Below are positions 49,653 through 59,968 of a stretch of DNA of 64,000 nt, piece by piece. The number at the start of each line of letters is the position of its first letter. The stretch's first letter is position 1. Source of the stretch: a virus (taxonomy: Duplodnaviria > Heunggongvirae > Uroviricota > Caudoviricetes); IMG/VR virus record IMGVR_UViG_3300042975_000097. One strand, written 5' to 3'. The notes below the pieces were generated by a model. The model did not search any database. It was not told the origin of the DNA and saw only the letters and a program-made list of their open reading frames with translations. The translations under genes and the position numbers were made by a program.

Positions 49653-50132
49653 TCATGAAACCGTGATCTGCGTTTCCTTGAGGCCGCGATCCTCGATGAT
49701 GTTGGCGGTGATGAAGGAACCGCCGTCATCGCCATCATGGAGATCGATCTTCGCGAAAGAATCATCGTCCTCATCAAACAACGGTACGATGGTCCTAAGT
49801 AGGCGTTCCGGAGCAATCACCATATACACGGGGACCAACTCGACTTCACGGTTGTCGTCGATGATGACGATTGGTTCATCGCCGCGGATGGCGAAGGTCA
49901 CGTCGTCAACGGTATAGTTGACATCGGGATCATTCAGGACGTTCCTCAGCATGGTCTTGCCGGCATCATTGATCTCGGCGACGCTATCAAGGATATCGAA
50001 TGAAGTATCAGTGAACATGAGAGCGTATGGCTCGCTATTCTCTGGAACTGGAATCCTTACCGTGCGGGTATTCGCTTTCGCCTCGGAATCATATGATGTT
50101 TTCGGGTCTACAAGCATGTCATTCGTATTCAT
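49653..50132 (-). CDS. hypothetical acidic protein (low-GC island)
   Basis: 159-aa ORF. GC falls markedly across 49500-50800. Confidence 0.4.
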   Translation of the reverse strand: MNTNDMLVDPKTSYDSEAKANTRTVRIPVPENSEPYALMFTDTSFDILDSVAEINDAGKTMLRNVLNDPDVNYTVDDVTFAIRGDEPIVIIDDNREVELVPVYMVIAPERLLRTIVPLFDEDDDSFAKIDLHDGDDGGSFITANIIEDRGLKETQITVS

Positions 50133-50403
50133 GCTTGCATCATACCACGAATCGGTTCACGTATCATGATAGCGACAGTCATTAATACTAGTTATCAGAT
50201 TTTTACCCGTTGACTCGATAACTCTTTATTGACGTTTGACAGCCAAGAGATGATGCCGTTATTATGATCAAGATAATGATCCGATAAGAGTTGATTGAAC
50301 TCTACGGATCGTTCATCCGAGGGAACAGTGATACAGGCTACATTCTGATATGATAGGAGCCCATGGCGATTTTTCTCCATGGACTCCTGTTTTGTCTTGG
50401 TTA

Positions 50404-50667
50404 CTACTGTTCATTCTTGTAATCGTTAATAGCGTCCGTGCATGATGCCTTGCGCTGGCTGGTAGAATGAGCTTTGTTCTCATCACACCATTCACACAGA
50501 TTCTCGCAACGATGATCTCCGCGGAGGCTCTCCATCGAGTGGATCTTATCCCAGCTAGTACGGGTCTTCTCTAGAAAATCAGTGTAATCGCCAGCGTTCT
50601 CATACCCGAGCTTGCGAGCTTTGCGGTCAGTTCCGTTGTAAGTACGATCCTTGAAAGTTCTGGACAT
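50404..50667 (-). CDS. small Cys-rich protein (MSRTFKDRTY...CENLCEWCDENKAH...C)
   Basis: 87 aa in low-GC DNA. N-terminus matches the 41681 product. Confidence 0.35.
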   Translation of the reverse strand: MSRTFKDRTYNGTDRKARKLGYENAGDYTDFLEKTRTSWDKIHSMESLRGDHRCENLCEWCDENKAHSTSQRKASCTDAINDYKNEQ

Positions 50668-50806
50668 ATCGTCTCCTTATAGTACTCCCGGTTGTCTTGG
50701 GGTCCATTTGATTAGCCTCGTGAACTGGAAACAGGTGACTTCCAATCTTGAAGAGTTATCTCCACACGGGTTTATTCCATAAACTCATTATATCATACTG
50801 TTTTAA

Positions 50807-51634
50807 TCAACGTGGAATCATGATCGGCGTTGTCGTTCTGTCAGCGCCGGTCGGCTCGTAACAGCGGTCGATCGCCCGCGCCACGCTGACGATCAGGTCA
50901 TCCATGTCGGCGGACGTGACTTCAAGCCGCGGGTCGCGGACGTCGTGGAGCGGCTCCACGGACAGCCGGCCGTCGCCGAGGAACGATTGCCAGCCCATGA
51001 GACGGCTGAAGTTGCCATGCGTGATTATCGAATGCCGGTCATCATCATCGACCCACCAGCCCAACGGGTGAGCGTCGATGGCCTCGTAAGCGTTCACGGA
51101 GCCGCCGTCCGCCAGCCATCTCGGGTGAACGTACCCAAGGTAATCCGCGTAATCCGATGCGGCGACCGCCAAATTCTCCAGGAACCCCGGTTTCATGTGG
51201 ATCGCGACAGTATCCTGCCATATCCCGCGCTCCGAGTCGCGGTACTTCACGCACGCGAGCGACGGCATCGGCGACGTCGCCGTGTGCTCGCGGAACTCGT
51301 GCTCGGCGACGTTCATCAGCATGGTCGGGCTCCACGGCTTTCCGTCGATGCCGTTCACGGTGGCGTCAAGCCATACCTGCTCGGCGGAGTCGGCGATCGC
51401 CCGCGCCGCCGAGCGCAGCGCGGCGTTCCCGTTCCTGTCGTTCCTCGCGTAATCGGCACGACCGCCATCGGGGTCGATGACGGCAATGGCGTCGGCCCCG
51501 GCGTCATAGCCGACGATCCAGTACCGGTCGGGAATGAGCGACGTGATCTCGCCGCGAATATGATCGGGCAGCGCGATCGAGTCCACGTCGATGCCACCGA
51601 TGTCGATTGGCCCGTCCTGTTTGCTTGTAGTCAT
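50807..51634 (-). CDS. hypothetical protein
   Basis: Start MTTSKQDGP, overlapping the upstream stop (TGATGA). Confidence 0.45.
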   Translation of the reverse strand: MTTSKQDGPIDIGGIDVDSIALPDHIRGEITSLIPDRYWIVGYDAGADAIAVIDPDGGRADYARNDRNGNAALRSAARAIADSAEQVWLDATVNGIDGKPWSPTMLMNVAEHEFREHTATSPMPSLACVKYRDSERGIWQDTVAIHMKPGFLENLAVAASDYADYLGYVHPRWLADGGSVNAYEAIDAHPLGWWVDDDDRHSIITHGNFSRLMGWQSFLGDGRLSVEPLHDVRDPRLEVTSADMDDLIVSVARAIDRCYEPTGADRTTTPIMIPR

Positions 51635-52842
51635 CACATCCTCTTCTCCATGTTGTCGACCGTCGCCGATAGGTCGTCGATGGCGGTTCTCATGTCCACG
51701 TCCAACGCCCGTTCGAGGTTCGCCCACTCGTCCACGAGACCCGCCATCCGCGTGACGTCCGCGGTCCTGCCATCCACGGAGCGGAGAATGCCGAGCGCGG
51801 CCGCGCTGACGGCGCTACCGTCAGCCCCGCTGTCATCGAGCCGCACGCGCATGACGTTCAGTTGGACGGCGAGGTCATCGGCCCCGTCCAGGGCGCGCAC
51901 CACCGTGTCGCGCAGCGCGTCCGGCATCGTGTGGACGCGACCGAGCGCCTCTCTCGTCTCACGGCAATGGTTCGCCAGCCTGTCGGCGGCGGTCGTCAAC
52001 TCGTTCGCGTACCCCGTTTTCCTCGCGTCGATGGGCAGCATGTCCATGGTCGTCGCGGGCACCCCGGTATCGGATGACACGATCATCGCCGGACCGGCGC
52101 ATGACGGGCCGTCGGCGTGCCAGCCGTTCAGTAGGTCGAGAATCGGCGCGACCATGGCGACGGCGAACACGTCCCACTTGTAATCGATTCGGTCTCGTCG
52201 CGAGTGCGAGTAAGCGTAATGGGAATCCCTGCGCACGTCTTCGTACCGGTAGAGCGTGGCCCCGGTGAGCGCTTGGTATGATGACGGCATCGCGGAGTCG
52301 GCCCCCGGCGCCACGGGGTTCGAGATGATCATCACGTCACCCGGCGTGATGATGTCGACGTGCTGCGACCAGCCGACGCGGCGCGTCCCCGTATCGGCTT
52401 TTTCGTTCCTTTTGAACAGGCCGCCGGCGTTCTTCCTGCCGTCATCGTCCTCCTCGTGATCGACGTTCCATGCGGTCATGGTGTCGCGCCGGCGTCGCGG
52501 CCAGTCGCGCCAGCATCGCATATGGACGATGCCGTTGTCCCAGCGTGGACCCTCCGGAAGGTCGGGCAGGTAATCGAGATCGGCGTGCTCGACCCAGATG
52601 GCGTCAAGCGCCGAGATCATGATGTGCTCGAACAACGTGGCCGCACCGGGATTACCCTCACGGTAATAGGCATCAGTACGCTTGGCGATTCGTTGGACGC
52701 TGGCGCGACCGGCGATTCCCCGCGGGCGGGAGCGCGGGCGCGGGGTGCCGTTGACTATGGCCGACATGACGTCAAGCGCGAACAGCCGAACACTCAGATC
52801 ATACATAACCACGAGCATACCATGCCACGGCGATATACCCAT
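51634..52842 (-). CDS. hypothetical protein
   Basis: 402-aa ORF, start uncertain. Confidence 0.4.
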   Translation of the reverse strand: MGISPWHGMLVVMYDLSVRLFALDVMSAIVNGTPRPRSRPRGIAGRASVQRIAKRTDAYYREGNPGAATLFEHIMISALDAIWVEHADLDYLPDLPEGPRWDNGIVHMRCWRDWPRRRRDTMTAWNVDHEEDDDGRKNAGGLFKRNEKADTGTRRVGWSQHVDIITPGDVMIISNPVAPGADSAMPSSYQALTGATLYRYEDVRRDSHYAYSHSRRDRIDYKWDVFAVAMVAPILDLLNGWHADGPSCAGPAMIVSSDTGVPATTMDMLPIDARKTGYANELTTAADRLANHCRETREALGRVHTMPDALRDTVVRALDGADDLAVQLNVMRVRLDDSGADGSAVSAAALGILRSVDGRTADVTRMAGLVDEWANLERALDVDMRTAIDDLSATVDNMEKRM

Positions 52843-52897
52843 GCGGAACGGGACATGCGAACCGGCATGGCCCTGCGATCGATGAATCGGAGGAAGA

Positions 52898-53116
52898 ATG
52901 GGCAGGAAGCGAACGCTGGCGACGCTGGCGAAGGATCAGGGGTTCCGCGACATGCTGGCGACGGCGCTCAGGGAGAAGGCCGCCGAATACGGCGACGACC
53001 CCGACGTGGACGCGCTCGCCGATGACGTGATGAAGCAGATGCGCGCGAACCACGTGTACGTGCCGATGACGCACAGGATGGTCGTTCGACTCATCGGCGA
53101 CGCGCTCGCCTCGTAG
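52898..53116 (+). CDS. small hypothetical protein
   Basis: 72-aa ORF. Confidence 0.3.
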   Translation: MGRKRTLATLAKDQGFRDMLATALREKAAEYGDDPDVDALADDVMKQMRANHVYVPMTHRMVVRLIGDALAS

Positions 53117-53232
53117 AGTCCCCTGACGGGGCATGAGACGGCCGACGGCCACCAACACGGGTGATCTTACATGTTGGTGGCCGTCGGCCGTCAGCGGGCG
53201 TTCTCGGAGCGCTCGCGGTAGTATGCGCGCGC

Positions 53233-53805
53233 TCAGCCGATGGCCACGATCAACGGCAGCGTCGCATCGTACCGCGCGCGCCCGGCGCGCACGTCATCGT
53301 CGATGGCGGCGATCAGCCGCTCGCATTCGCAGGCGGCGCGCTCGACGATGGCGTTGTCGCCGGGCATGATGGCGCAGTCGCGCAGCGCGTCCCTGACGAG
53401 CGAGCGCATGGTCATCGGTATCGTGGGGATGCTCACGGTCATGCCGAGGAGCCGCGCCGGGGCGTGGAGGATAATGCGCCGGCGGATGATGGCGAGCGTG
53501 CTCCGCAGGTTGAGCACCATGTCCATGTTCCGCGCATGCTTGCGCCTCGCGAACCGCTCGGCGGCGTTAACGAGCCGCGCGCGGTCGGCGTCGGTCGGGT
53601 GGCCGTGCGCGATGATGTCGAGCAGGAGCGGCGACCAGTCGAAGCCTCCGCTGACGGCCGCGAGTTCGATCCTCGACATGACGGCGGCGTCGCTGACCTG
53701 CTCGCCCTTGGTCCCGATGAGTCTGGCAAGCGATATGTTGGCGCCGATCCGGCTGCTCGCCGCGATGATCTCCTGTCGTATGCCCCTCGTGCTCGTGTGT
53801 TCCAT
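53233..53805 (-). CDS. hypothetical protein
   Basis: 190-aa ORF directly upstream of the duplicated segment. Confidence 0.45.
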   Translation of the reverse strand: MEHTSTRGIRQEIIAASSRIGANISLARLIGTKGEQVSDAAVMSRIELAAVSGGFDWSPLLLDIIAHGHPTDADRARLVNAAERFARRKHARNMDMVLNLRSTLAIIRRRIILHAPARLLGMTVSIPTIPMTMRSLVRDALRDCAIMPGDNAIVERAACECERLIAAIDDDVRAGRARYDATLPLIVAIG

Positions 53806-53892
53806 GATTCATGCTCCTTGTGGTGATTCTGTCGCTTTGCGCTTAACCATATGATACGCCGCGGACGCGCGCGACACGCCGGCGGCGTGAGC

Positions 53893-55200
53893 GCATGACC
53901 ACATGAGCGCGGCGAGGTCACGCGACGTCAGCATCACGCTCGTGTCCGCTCCCGCTCGCGTGCGGGTTCGTGAGCGGGAGCGGTGGCGCCGCCACCGCTC
54001 CCCTTGGCTAGTCGTGATTCGCTGCCCACGAGTTCGCGGACGGCCGCCAACAGCCGACCATCATGGTTCTCGACGTCATCGCGCAGCATTCCCCGGAGCG
54101 CATCCACGTCAAGGCCATTACCGGCGGCGACGCCAGAGGCCAGCGATGACAGCCCGGCCTGAACGTCAACCGGCACCGGATCGGTGATGCTGATGTCCGC
54201 GTCCACGGGGCGCCTCGCCATCGATTCGAGTTCGCGCAGCACGTCGACACGCTTCTCGCCCATCATCGTCAGCGCATCCTCGACGGTACGCGTGGATCCC
54301 GTCGAATCGCGGGCGAGCGTGAAATAGCCGGCGGCGCCTGCGACCACGGGCATCGAGCCGCGACGCCGGATCGCACTCTCACTGTTCGACCAGCGGAGCC
54401 GCCGGCCGTCGGCGACCGGGATGTCCCTGATGAGCGTGGGTTCCGAGGTGGCGCGCAGATGTGTCGCCCAGGTCAGAAGGGTCGGTCCGCTTATGAGCAG
54501 CGAGACGATGAGAACGATGATCGCGCCGAGCGGATCCCCAGAATAGCCGAAGGCCAGCGGGAGGCCAAAGCCAGTCAAGACGGCAAGAGTAACGATACTG
54601 GCGGTAATGATGATCGGGTTGAATGAATACAGCATCAGCCGACGATAGGCGACGCAGTGCCGTCTGATGAACCGGCGCACCCATCCGCCGTGGTCATGGA
54701 CGGTCAGTTCGGCATCCGGTGAGCCGCCTGCGTTCTCGTCGGCGTGGGCTCGCGCCCACTTGCCGCCCTCACGCTTGAGCTTCGCGTCCCCGATCATCGC
54801 TGTCCACACGACGGCGATGCGCGAGCCGTACACTGTCTGCGTGGTCAACAATTCCTCGTCGGCACGGTGGAAGGATTTGTAATCCCATTCCCTAAACTTC
54901 GGCATGCTGTTGGGGTTCATTCCTCGGAGCCGACTAATCTCCTCGACGAGTTGGGGGAGGTCGTGGAGGGAGTCGCGCATCGACCATGGCACGCATACGC
55001 GCGCTTGCATGATTGCGCCATCGCGGACGATGATGTCCGCGTCCGTGTTGCTGAGATCCTTGTTGCTGATGTCCATATGGCCGAGTGTAGCACTAGTCAG
55101 TGGCCGACGCCTTGGAGCGGAATCCCGTGCCGACGCGCGCTATACCTGATAGCTCCCTCCTTTAACGCGATTCCGAGGGTACTCCCGAATCGATCTATGG
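53893..55200. repeat. segmental duplication, copy 2 (paired with 39205-40500), ending in one 60-bp repeat unit (55138-55200)
   Basis: 55138-55200 matches the reverse complement of the innermost right-arm unit 41170-41230 (...CCGAGGGTACTYCCGAMTCGATCTAYGG). Confidence 0.8.
53934..55076 (-). CDS. hypothetical membrane protein (copy 2 of the duplicated gene)
   Basis: 380 aa, near-identical to the 39247-40380 product. Confidence 0.55.
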   Translation of the reverse strand: MDISNKDLSNTDADIIVRDGAIMQARVCVPWSMRDSLHDLPQLVEEISRLRGMNPNSMPKFREWDYKSFHRADEELLTTQTVYGSRIAVVWTAMIGDAKLKREGGKWARAHADENAGGSPDAELTVHDHGGWVRRFIRRHCVAYRRLMLYSFNPIIITASIVTLAVLTGFGLPLAFGYSGDPLGAIIVLIVSLLISGPTLLTWATHLRATSEPTLIRDIPVADGRRLRWSNSESAIRRRGSMPVVAGAAGYFTLARDSTGSTRTVEDALTMMGEKRVDVLRELESMARRPVDADISITDPVPVDVQAGLSSLASGVAAGNGLDVDALRGMLRDDVENHDGRLLAAVRELVGSESRLAKGSGGGATAPAHEPARERERTRA

Positions 55201-55363
55201 ATAGCGCTCACAGGAGGATGAGAGCGCCCAGCACGATGGCGACGATCCCGACCGCGCCGGCGCACGCGTCGAGGAGGTCCATCGGATCGTCATGGGTGAA
55301 CGCGTCGACCATGTACCCGATGATGATGACCCCACACAGCACGAAGCAGATGCCGACGCCTAT
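55200..55363 (-). CDS. possible small hydrophobic protein (52 aa)
   Basis: MIGVGICFVLCGVIIIGYMVDAFTHDDPMDLLDACAGAVGIVAIVLGALILL. Weak RBS. Confidence 0.2.
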
Positions 55364-55558
55364 CATGATGCGCTCGTTCCCGTGCCGTTCCCGTGATTTT
55401 CGTTCATGTTATGCCCCCGACGTTTTCCATGCCCCCGATTATACCACGGGGAGCACGCGGCGTCGCCAGCGCGTCGCGGGCGGTATGATGACGATGCGAG
55501 GGCGGCTTGCCCGCATGACCGCGGCGGCGATATTCGCGGCGTAACGAAGGGAGCCCAT

Positions 55559-56161
55559 ATGAGTGCTTTGGATGCTGCGAGGAAGGCCATGCTGATCCTG
55601 TCGACGGTGCTGAAGACCGCGCCGGATGAACTGAGCCCGGACGAGCGGCTGCAGACCGTGTTCATCGTCTCTGAACTCGCGTCCGCGGATGAGGATGACG
55701 CCGCCGATCGCATCGTCGACGTCTCCACGAGAACGGTGAGCACGATCGAGGATCATCTCCAACGCTCGGATGGCGGGACGCAGGGCGTGATCGTGCTGCG
55801 CACGCTCAAGGAGGCGCTGTCGGCGCTCCCCATGAGCGAGGACGTCGCCGATCTCACGGAGCGCATATCCTCGCTGCTGTCGGATGAGTACTCCACGATC
55901 ATGAACAAGGCCATACAGGAGCTGCAGATCATGCCGGACGCCGCCGATTTCGCCGCCGTGGGCGCGGCGAAGCCCGATCGCAAGGCCATGAAGGGCTACC
56001 GGAACATGCTGGAGACGGTGCTCGCCCGGACGGCGGTGCCGGAGAGCACGCGCGACGGCATGTTCTTCGAGATGGACGTCCACGGCCGCGCGGGCCTGCT
56101 GGCCGCTTACGACCGTGAGCGCGAGCGCGTCCACGGCATTCTCGACCGGCTGGATTCCTGA
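55559..56161 (+). CDS. hypothetical protein
   Basis: ATG at 55559 (MSALDAARKAML...), 200 aa. Confidence 0.45.
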   Translation: MSALDAARKAMLILSTVLKTAPDELSPDERLQTVFIVSELASADEDDAADRIVDVSTRTVSTIEDHLQRSDGGTQGVIVLRTLKEALSALPMSEDVADLTERISSLLSDEYSTIMNKAIQELQIMPDAADFAAVGAAKPDRKAMKGYRNMLETVLARTAVPESTRDGMFFEMDVHGRAGLLAAYDRERERVHGILDRLDS

Positions 56162-56249
56162 ACCGGAGGGCCGACGCCACCGGGCATAAAAGGGCCGCCG
56201 CGAACAATCATCATGATGTTCGCGGCGGCCCTTCCCGTTCCCGCGCGTG

Positions 56250-56885
56250 CTACGAGGCCACGGGGAACGATGAGAGGATGGAGCGCGCGAGCGCCCGCGG
56301 ACTCTCGCCTGCGCCGTCCATCCACATGAGCAGGTCCGAGCCGGCGAGGTCGAGATGCTTGCTGACCGGGGCCAGCGCCACGCCGACCCTGCCATCGTCA
56401 TCGGGCAGCGCGGTCGCGGCGGTCATGGCCTCGTCCACGGTGGCGAACACGCCGTTGACGAGCATGGTCCGCCTGCCGTCCCCGTCCACGGTGAAGAGCA
56501 CGACCGCGTGGTCGATGTCCGCGGGCGTGATGCCGTCATCGTCCGCGTCCTCGCCGCGCTGCGCGACGCGGAACGCCAGCGTCGTCAGCGTCTGGTCGAA
56601 CAGGCCCATGTCCTTGGACCTGAGCGCCTTGAGCCGTGCCGTGGCGACCGGGCCGATCGATGGGGCGAGCGATCTGAGCAGCCGCTCGTAATCACCCTCG
56701 TCGGCCGGACTGATCGCCCATATGCGGGCGGGGCCGGCGACCGTCCGCCCCATCTCGTAGGAGCACACCGTGGCGTTGCCGCCGTGCGGGGCCGCCCCGC
56801 GTGCGAGCGCGAACGCGTCGGCCAGCGTCCGGCACAGCATATCCGGTCGACGGCCACTGCCGTCCATGACCATGTAGATTCTCAA
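56250..56885 (-). CDS. hypothetical protein
   Basis: 211-aa ORF. Confidence 0.4.
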   Translation of the reverse strand: MRIYMVMDGSGRRPDMLCRTLADAFALARGAAPHGGNATVCSYEMGRTVAGPARIWAISPADEGDYERLLRSLAPSIGPVATARLKALRSKDMGLFDQTLTTLAFRVAQRGEDADDDGITPADIDHAVVLFTVDGDGRRTMLVNGVFATVDEAMTAATALPDDDGRVGVALAPVSKHLDLAGSDLLMWMDGAGESPRALARSILSSFPVAS

Positions 56886-57032
56886 CAGCGCTCTCCATTC
56901 CCGTGGTGATTCCCGTGATGCTATACATATCGATCTAACGCCATCGTGCCCGGACGTCGGGGCATGGGGGCGGCCCGCGAGCGCAATCGTATGCGCTCGC
57001 GGGCCGTTGATGGTTCTCGTTTGTCGGAGACG

Positions 57033-57911
57033 TCAGTCCTTGGCGCCGGTGGAGGCCATCAACTGCTGGACGGCCTCCTGATAGCCGCCAGCGTCGCCGC
57101 GCATGAACACGACCTTGCCGTCGCCGCCGATGTTCTCCATGGTGTTGAAGTACTGGGTCATCATGAGGAGCTCGATGACCTCGTGGCTGTCCACCCCGGT
57201 CTTCTGGAGCGTGGACAACTGCTCGGCAAGACCGTCGGCGATGGCCTTGCGCTGGTTGGCGATTCCCTCGCCCTGCAGCTTCGCGGCCTCGGCGTCGGCG
57301 GTGGCCTTGGTGACGGTCTTGATGCGATCGGCCTCGGCCTGCTGCTGCGCGGCGTCCTTCATGCGCTGGGCGGCGTTGATGCTGTTCATGGCCTTGACCA
57401 CGGAGGAGTCCGGCGTGAGTTCGGTGATGAGCACGTTGTTGATGACGTACCCGTAGGCGGCCATGCCCTCGGCGACGGTATCCTTCACGTCCTTGGCGAT
57501 GTCGTCCTTGCGCTCGTACGCCTCATCGAGCGTGAGCACCGGGACTGCCGAGCGCACGGCGTCCTGGATGTACGATTCGATCTGCGGCTTCGGGGACTGT
57601 AGCGTGTAGTAGGATTCCTTGATCTTCATGGCGTCCACGTTGAACTGGACGGCCACGTTGACCGAGCACGATACGTTGTCCTTCGTCTTCGTGTCCACGT
57701 TCATGGTGTTCTGAATGACGCGAAGCTGGACGGTGGTGGCCACGCGGTCCACGAACGGCACGATGACGTGGATTCCCGGCTTCAGCGTGGTCCGGTACTT
57801 GCCGAGCCGCTCCACGATGACGGCCGACTGCTCCTTGACCACGATCAGCGTCGAAGAGACGATGATGCCCGCGATGAACAGCATGATGACGAGAGCGATG
57901 ATTGCGCCCAT
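57033..57911 (-). CDS. SPFH/band 7 (stomatin/prohibitin-like) membrane protein
   Basis: RBS AAGGAG. N-terminal TM helix, then VVKEQSAVIVERLGKYRTTLKPGIHVIVPFVDRV. Ala/Gln-rich coiled coil. Confidence 0.8.
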   Translation of the reverse strand: MGAIIALVIMLFIAGIIVSSTLIVVKEQSAVIVERLGKYRTTLKPGIHVIVPFVDRVATTVQLRVIQNTMNVDTKTKDNVSCSVNVAVQFNVDAMKIKESYYTLQSPKPQIESYIQDAVRSAVPVLTLDEAYERKDDIAKDVKDTVAEGMAAYGYVINNVLITELTPDSSVVKAMNSINAAQRMKDAAQQQAEADRIKTVTKATADAEAAKLQGEGIANQRKAIADGLAEQLSTLQKTGVDSHEVIELLMMTQYFNTMENIGGDGKVVFMRGDAGGYQEAVQQLMASTGAKD

Positions 57912-58118
57912 GATGTACTCCTTTTCCAATCGGGCGTTCCCGCCCGTTCACGGACGGCATGCGATGCCGCACGCCGTTACGCGGGCATTATACCGTTCGC
58001 GGGCGCGGCCGGTCGCCGACGGCGGGCGTAATCTGCGAACAGTATCGGGGCCGTATATTCACATGGGCGTCGGCTGTCGGCGATCGACGTCGGCGGAACG
58101 ACATACGAGGAGGTCGGC

Positions 58119-58274
58119 ATGGGAAGATTGAAGAAGGCGGCGCTCGCGTTGCTCGCGCTGCTCGCGGTGATGATCGGGGCGTTCGCGGCGCTGTCCGCGT
58201 ACACGATCATATGGGAACGGCGCCACCCGATGACCGGGGGGCGGCGCAAGCCCCGTCTTTTAAGACTGGGGTAA
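58119..58274 (+). CDS. possible 51-aa membrane peptide whose 3' end is supplied by the IS left end
   Basis: RBS GAGGAGG. MGRLKKAALALLALLAVMIGAFAALSAYTIIW.... The last ~15 codons lie inside the IS left end (from 58230). Confidence 0.25.
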   Translation: MGRLKKAALALLALLAVMIGAFAALSAYTIIWERRHPMTGGRRKPRLLRLG

Positions 58275-58320
58275 GCCGCCGTTTTTGATTAATCACTATT
58301 TTCGTGGTAAGATGTAAAGT

Positions 58321-59781
58321 ATGAGCCAGAAGGTACGAATCATCAGAGTCAGGCACACGGGCGCGACCGTGTACCTTGGCGACGATTCATACCACAACCA
58401 TTGCTGGACGCGCAACCCCGAACGCATCATGGACTGGCTGTGTGATGGTTGGCGCACCCGTTTCAACCAGCATCGGGAGCATCGGGTCATCCGCCGCTAC
58501 ATGGAGGGTATGGAATCCCATGAGCGCATGTGGGTGGACGTCCCCTTGGGTGGGGCGGCCGTCGGGGAGCCATGCAAGGACAGTGAGGCACGAACCCGGT
58601 GTTCTTGGCTCGCATGCATTCCCGCAGCCGTTCTCGCCAGTCCCACGCGCGTGGAGAACTCGGAATGGTACGCCGCATTGAAACGCAAGAAGAATAATGG
58701 CGGCCGTGTCCCGGGGTTCAAATCCCGCAAACACAACCCCCAGTATTTCGTATGTTGGCGCAACCAAACCAAGACGGGCAACGCCATCTACCATCAGGTG
58801 TCACGCAAGCGTGGCGTGGTCGTCATCACCGGAACCGTGAAAAAAGCATTCCGCAAGCCGGGCGAAACGGGATGCCGTTGGAGGCTCACCATTCACGTGC
58901 GCGTCAGCCAACCCGTCAGGGATTATACGAGTGTCGGGGTGAATTGGACGGAACGCACTCTGACGTTCACCAACATTCCGTCACCCATCCGGCGGGATGC
59001 CACCGGTCGGCAGACCGGCATCGACCGTGGTTGCGCCCACACATTGGCCTTGTCGAATGGGACCATGCTGGACATGCCGCAACCGTCCAAACGGGAGAAG
59101 CAAGCGTATCTGCGTCTGCAACGCAAGCTCGCCCGACAAGATGCGGTTAACAGCCGGCGTGGTGGGAAAACCGCGAAATTCCAATCGAAACGACGCAAAC
59201 TCACATTGAAGCGCATGGGTTCGATACGCAGCCGCACCAACAACCGCAAGGACGATTGGGTCGCGAAGACCACGGGCCGACTGGTCGAAGAATACGATCT
59301 CATCGCCTTGGAAGCGTTGAACACCCGGCAAATGACCCGCAAGCCGAAACCGAAACAGGACCCCAATCGCAAGGGGCGCTACCTGCGCAATGGTGCGGCG
59401 GCCAAAGCGGGATTGAACCGTAGTATCCTCAACAACCGTTGGGCGGATATCCAGAGCAAACTCGAATACAAGACCCGTCTCGCCGGAACCCGACTCATAC
59501 TGATCGACCCGGCGTACACGTCCCAGACCTGCAACCGTTGCGGTCATGTCGCAAAGGAGAACCGCGAGAGCCAAGCGGTCTTCCAATGCATCAACTGCGG
59601 CAACAAGGACAATGCGGACATCAACGCGGCCAAGAACATCCTCGACCGCGCGACACACACAACCGGCATGGACGATGCCGAGGGCGTGGAGGGACACGCC
59701 ACCCGTGAAACCTATGTTTCATGGGAAGGTCCCGTTGAAACGCCAACCCCTGCCACACGTATCGGAAGGCTCCTCCACTGA
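58321..59781 (+). CDS. tnpB: TnpB RNA-guided endonuclease
   Basis: 486 aa. GIDRGCAHT. EALN. CNRCGH...CINCGNKDNADINAAKNI. Upstream -10 TGGTAAGAT. Confidence 0.9.
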   Translation: MSQKVRIIRVRHTGATVYLGDDSYHNHCWTRNPERIMDWLCDGWRTRFNQHREHRVIRRYMEGMESHERMWVDVPLGGAAVGEPCKDSEARTRCSWLACIPAAVLASPTRVENSEWYAALKRKKNNGGRVPGFKSRKHNPQYFVCWRNQTKTGNAIYHQVSRKRGVVVITGTVKKAFRKPGETGCRWRLTIHVRVSQPVRDYTSVGVNWTERTLTFTNIPSPIRRDATGRQTGIDRGCAHTLALSNGTMLDMPQPSKREKQAYLRLQRKLARQDAVNSRRGGKTAKFQSKRRKLTLKRMGSIRSRTNNRKDDWVAKTTGRLVEEYDLIALEALNTRQMTRKPKPKQDPNRKGRYLRNGAAAKAGLNRSILNNRWADIQSKLEYKTRLAGTRLILIDPAYTSQTCNRCGHVAKENRESQAVFQCINCGNKDNADINAAKNILDRATHTTGMDDAEGVEGHATRETYVSWEGPVETPTPATRIGRLLH

Positions 59782-59840
59782 GGAACGTGTCCCATACGCG
59801 ACAGGAATCCCCCCGGCTTCAGCCGTGGGGAGGAAGTCAA
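59650..59840 (+). ncRNA. predicted omega RNA of TnpB (3' end of tnpB plus right end)
   Basis: Conserved right-end segment shared with the element at 35960. Confidence 0.35.
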
Positions 59841-59968
59841 GGACTTCTGGTCGGAATCATCATACCCGGTGGAACGCGACAGGGAGTCGCAACGGGGCTG
59901 GTGAGCATGATGGGGGTCAACGGCGCCCGCCGGCGCCCGTGAGGGCGGGTGGGAGACGTTCGCGGGCG

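Larger units (their letters stand above)
58230..59840 (+). mobile_element. IS605-family tnpB-only element (same family as 35960-37350)
   Basis: Left end ATGACCGGGGGGCGGCGCAAGCCCCGTCTTTTAAGACTGGGGTAAGCCGCC. Right end ...GGAATCCCCCCGGCTTCAGCCGTGGGGAGGAAGTCAA ends at 59840. Confidence 0.7.

Noticed and set aside
53439-53921. R/P-rich ORFs overlapping 53233-53805
   Set aside because: Antisense or out-of-frame GC artefacts.
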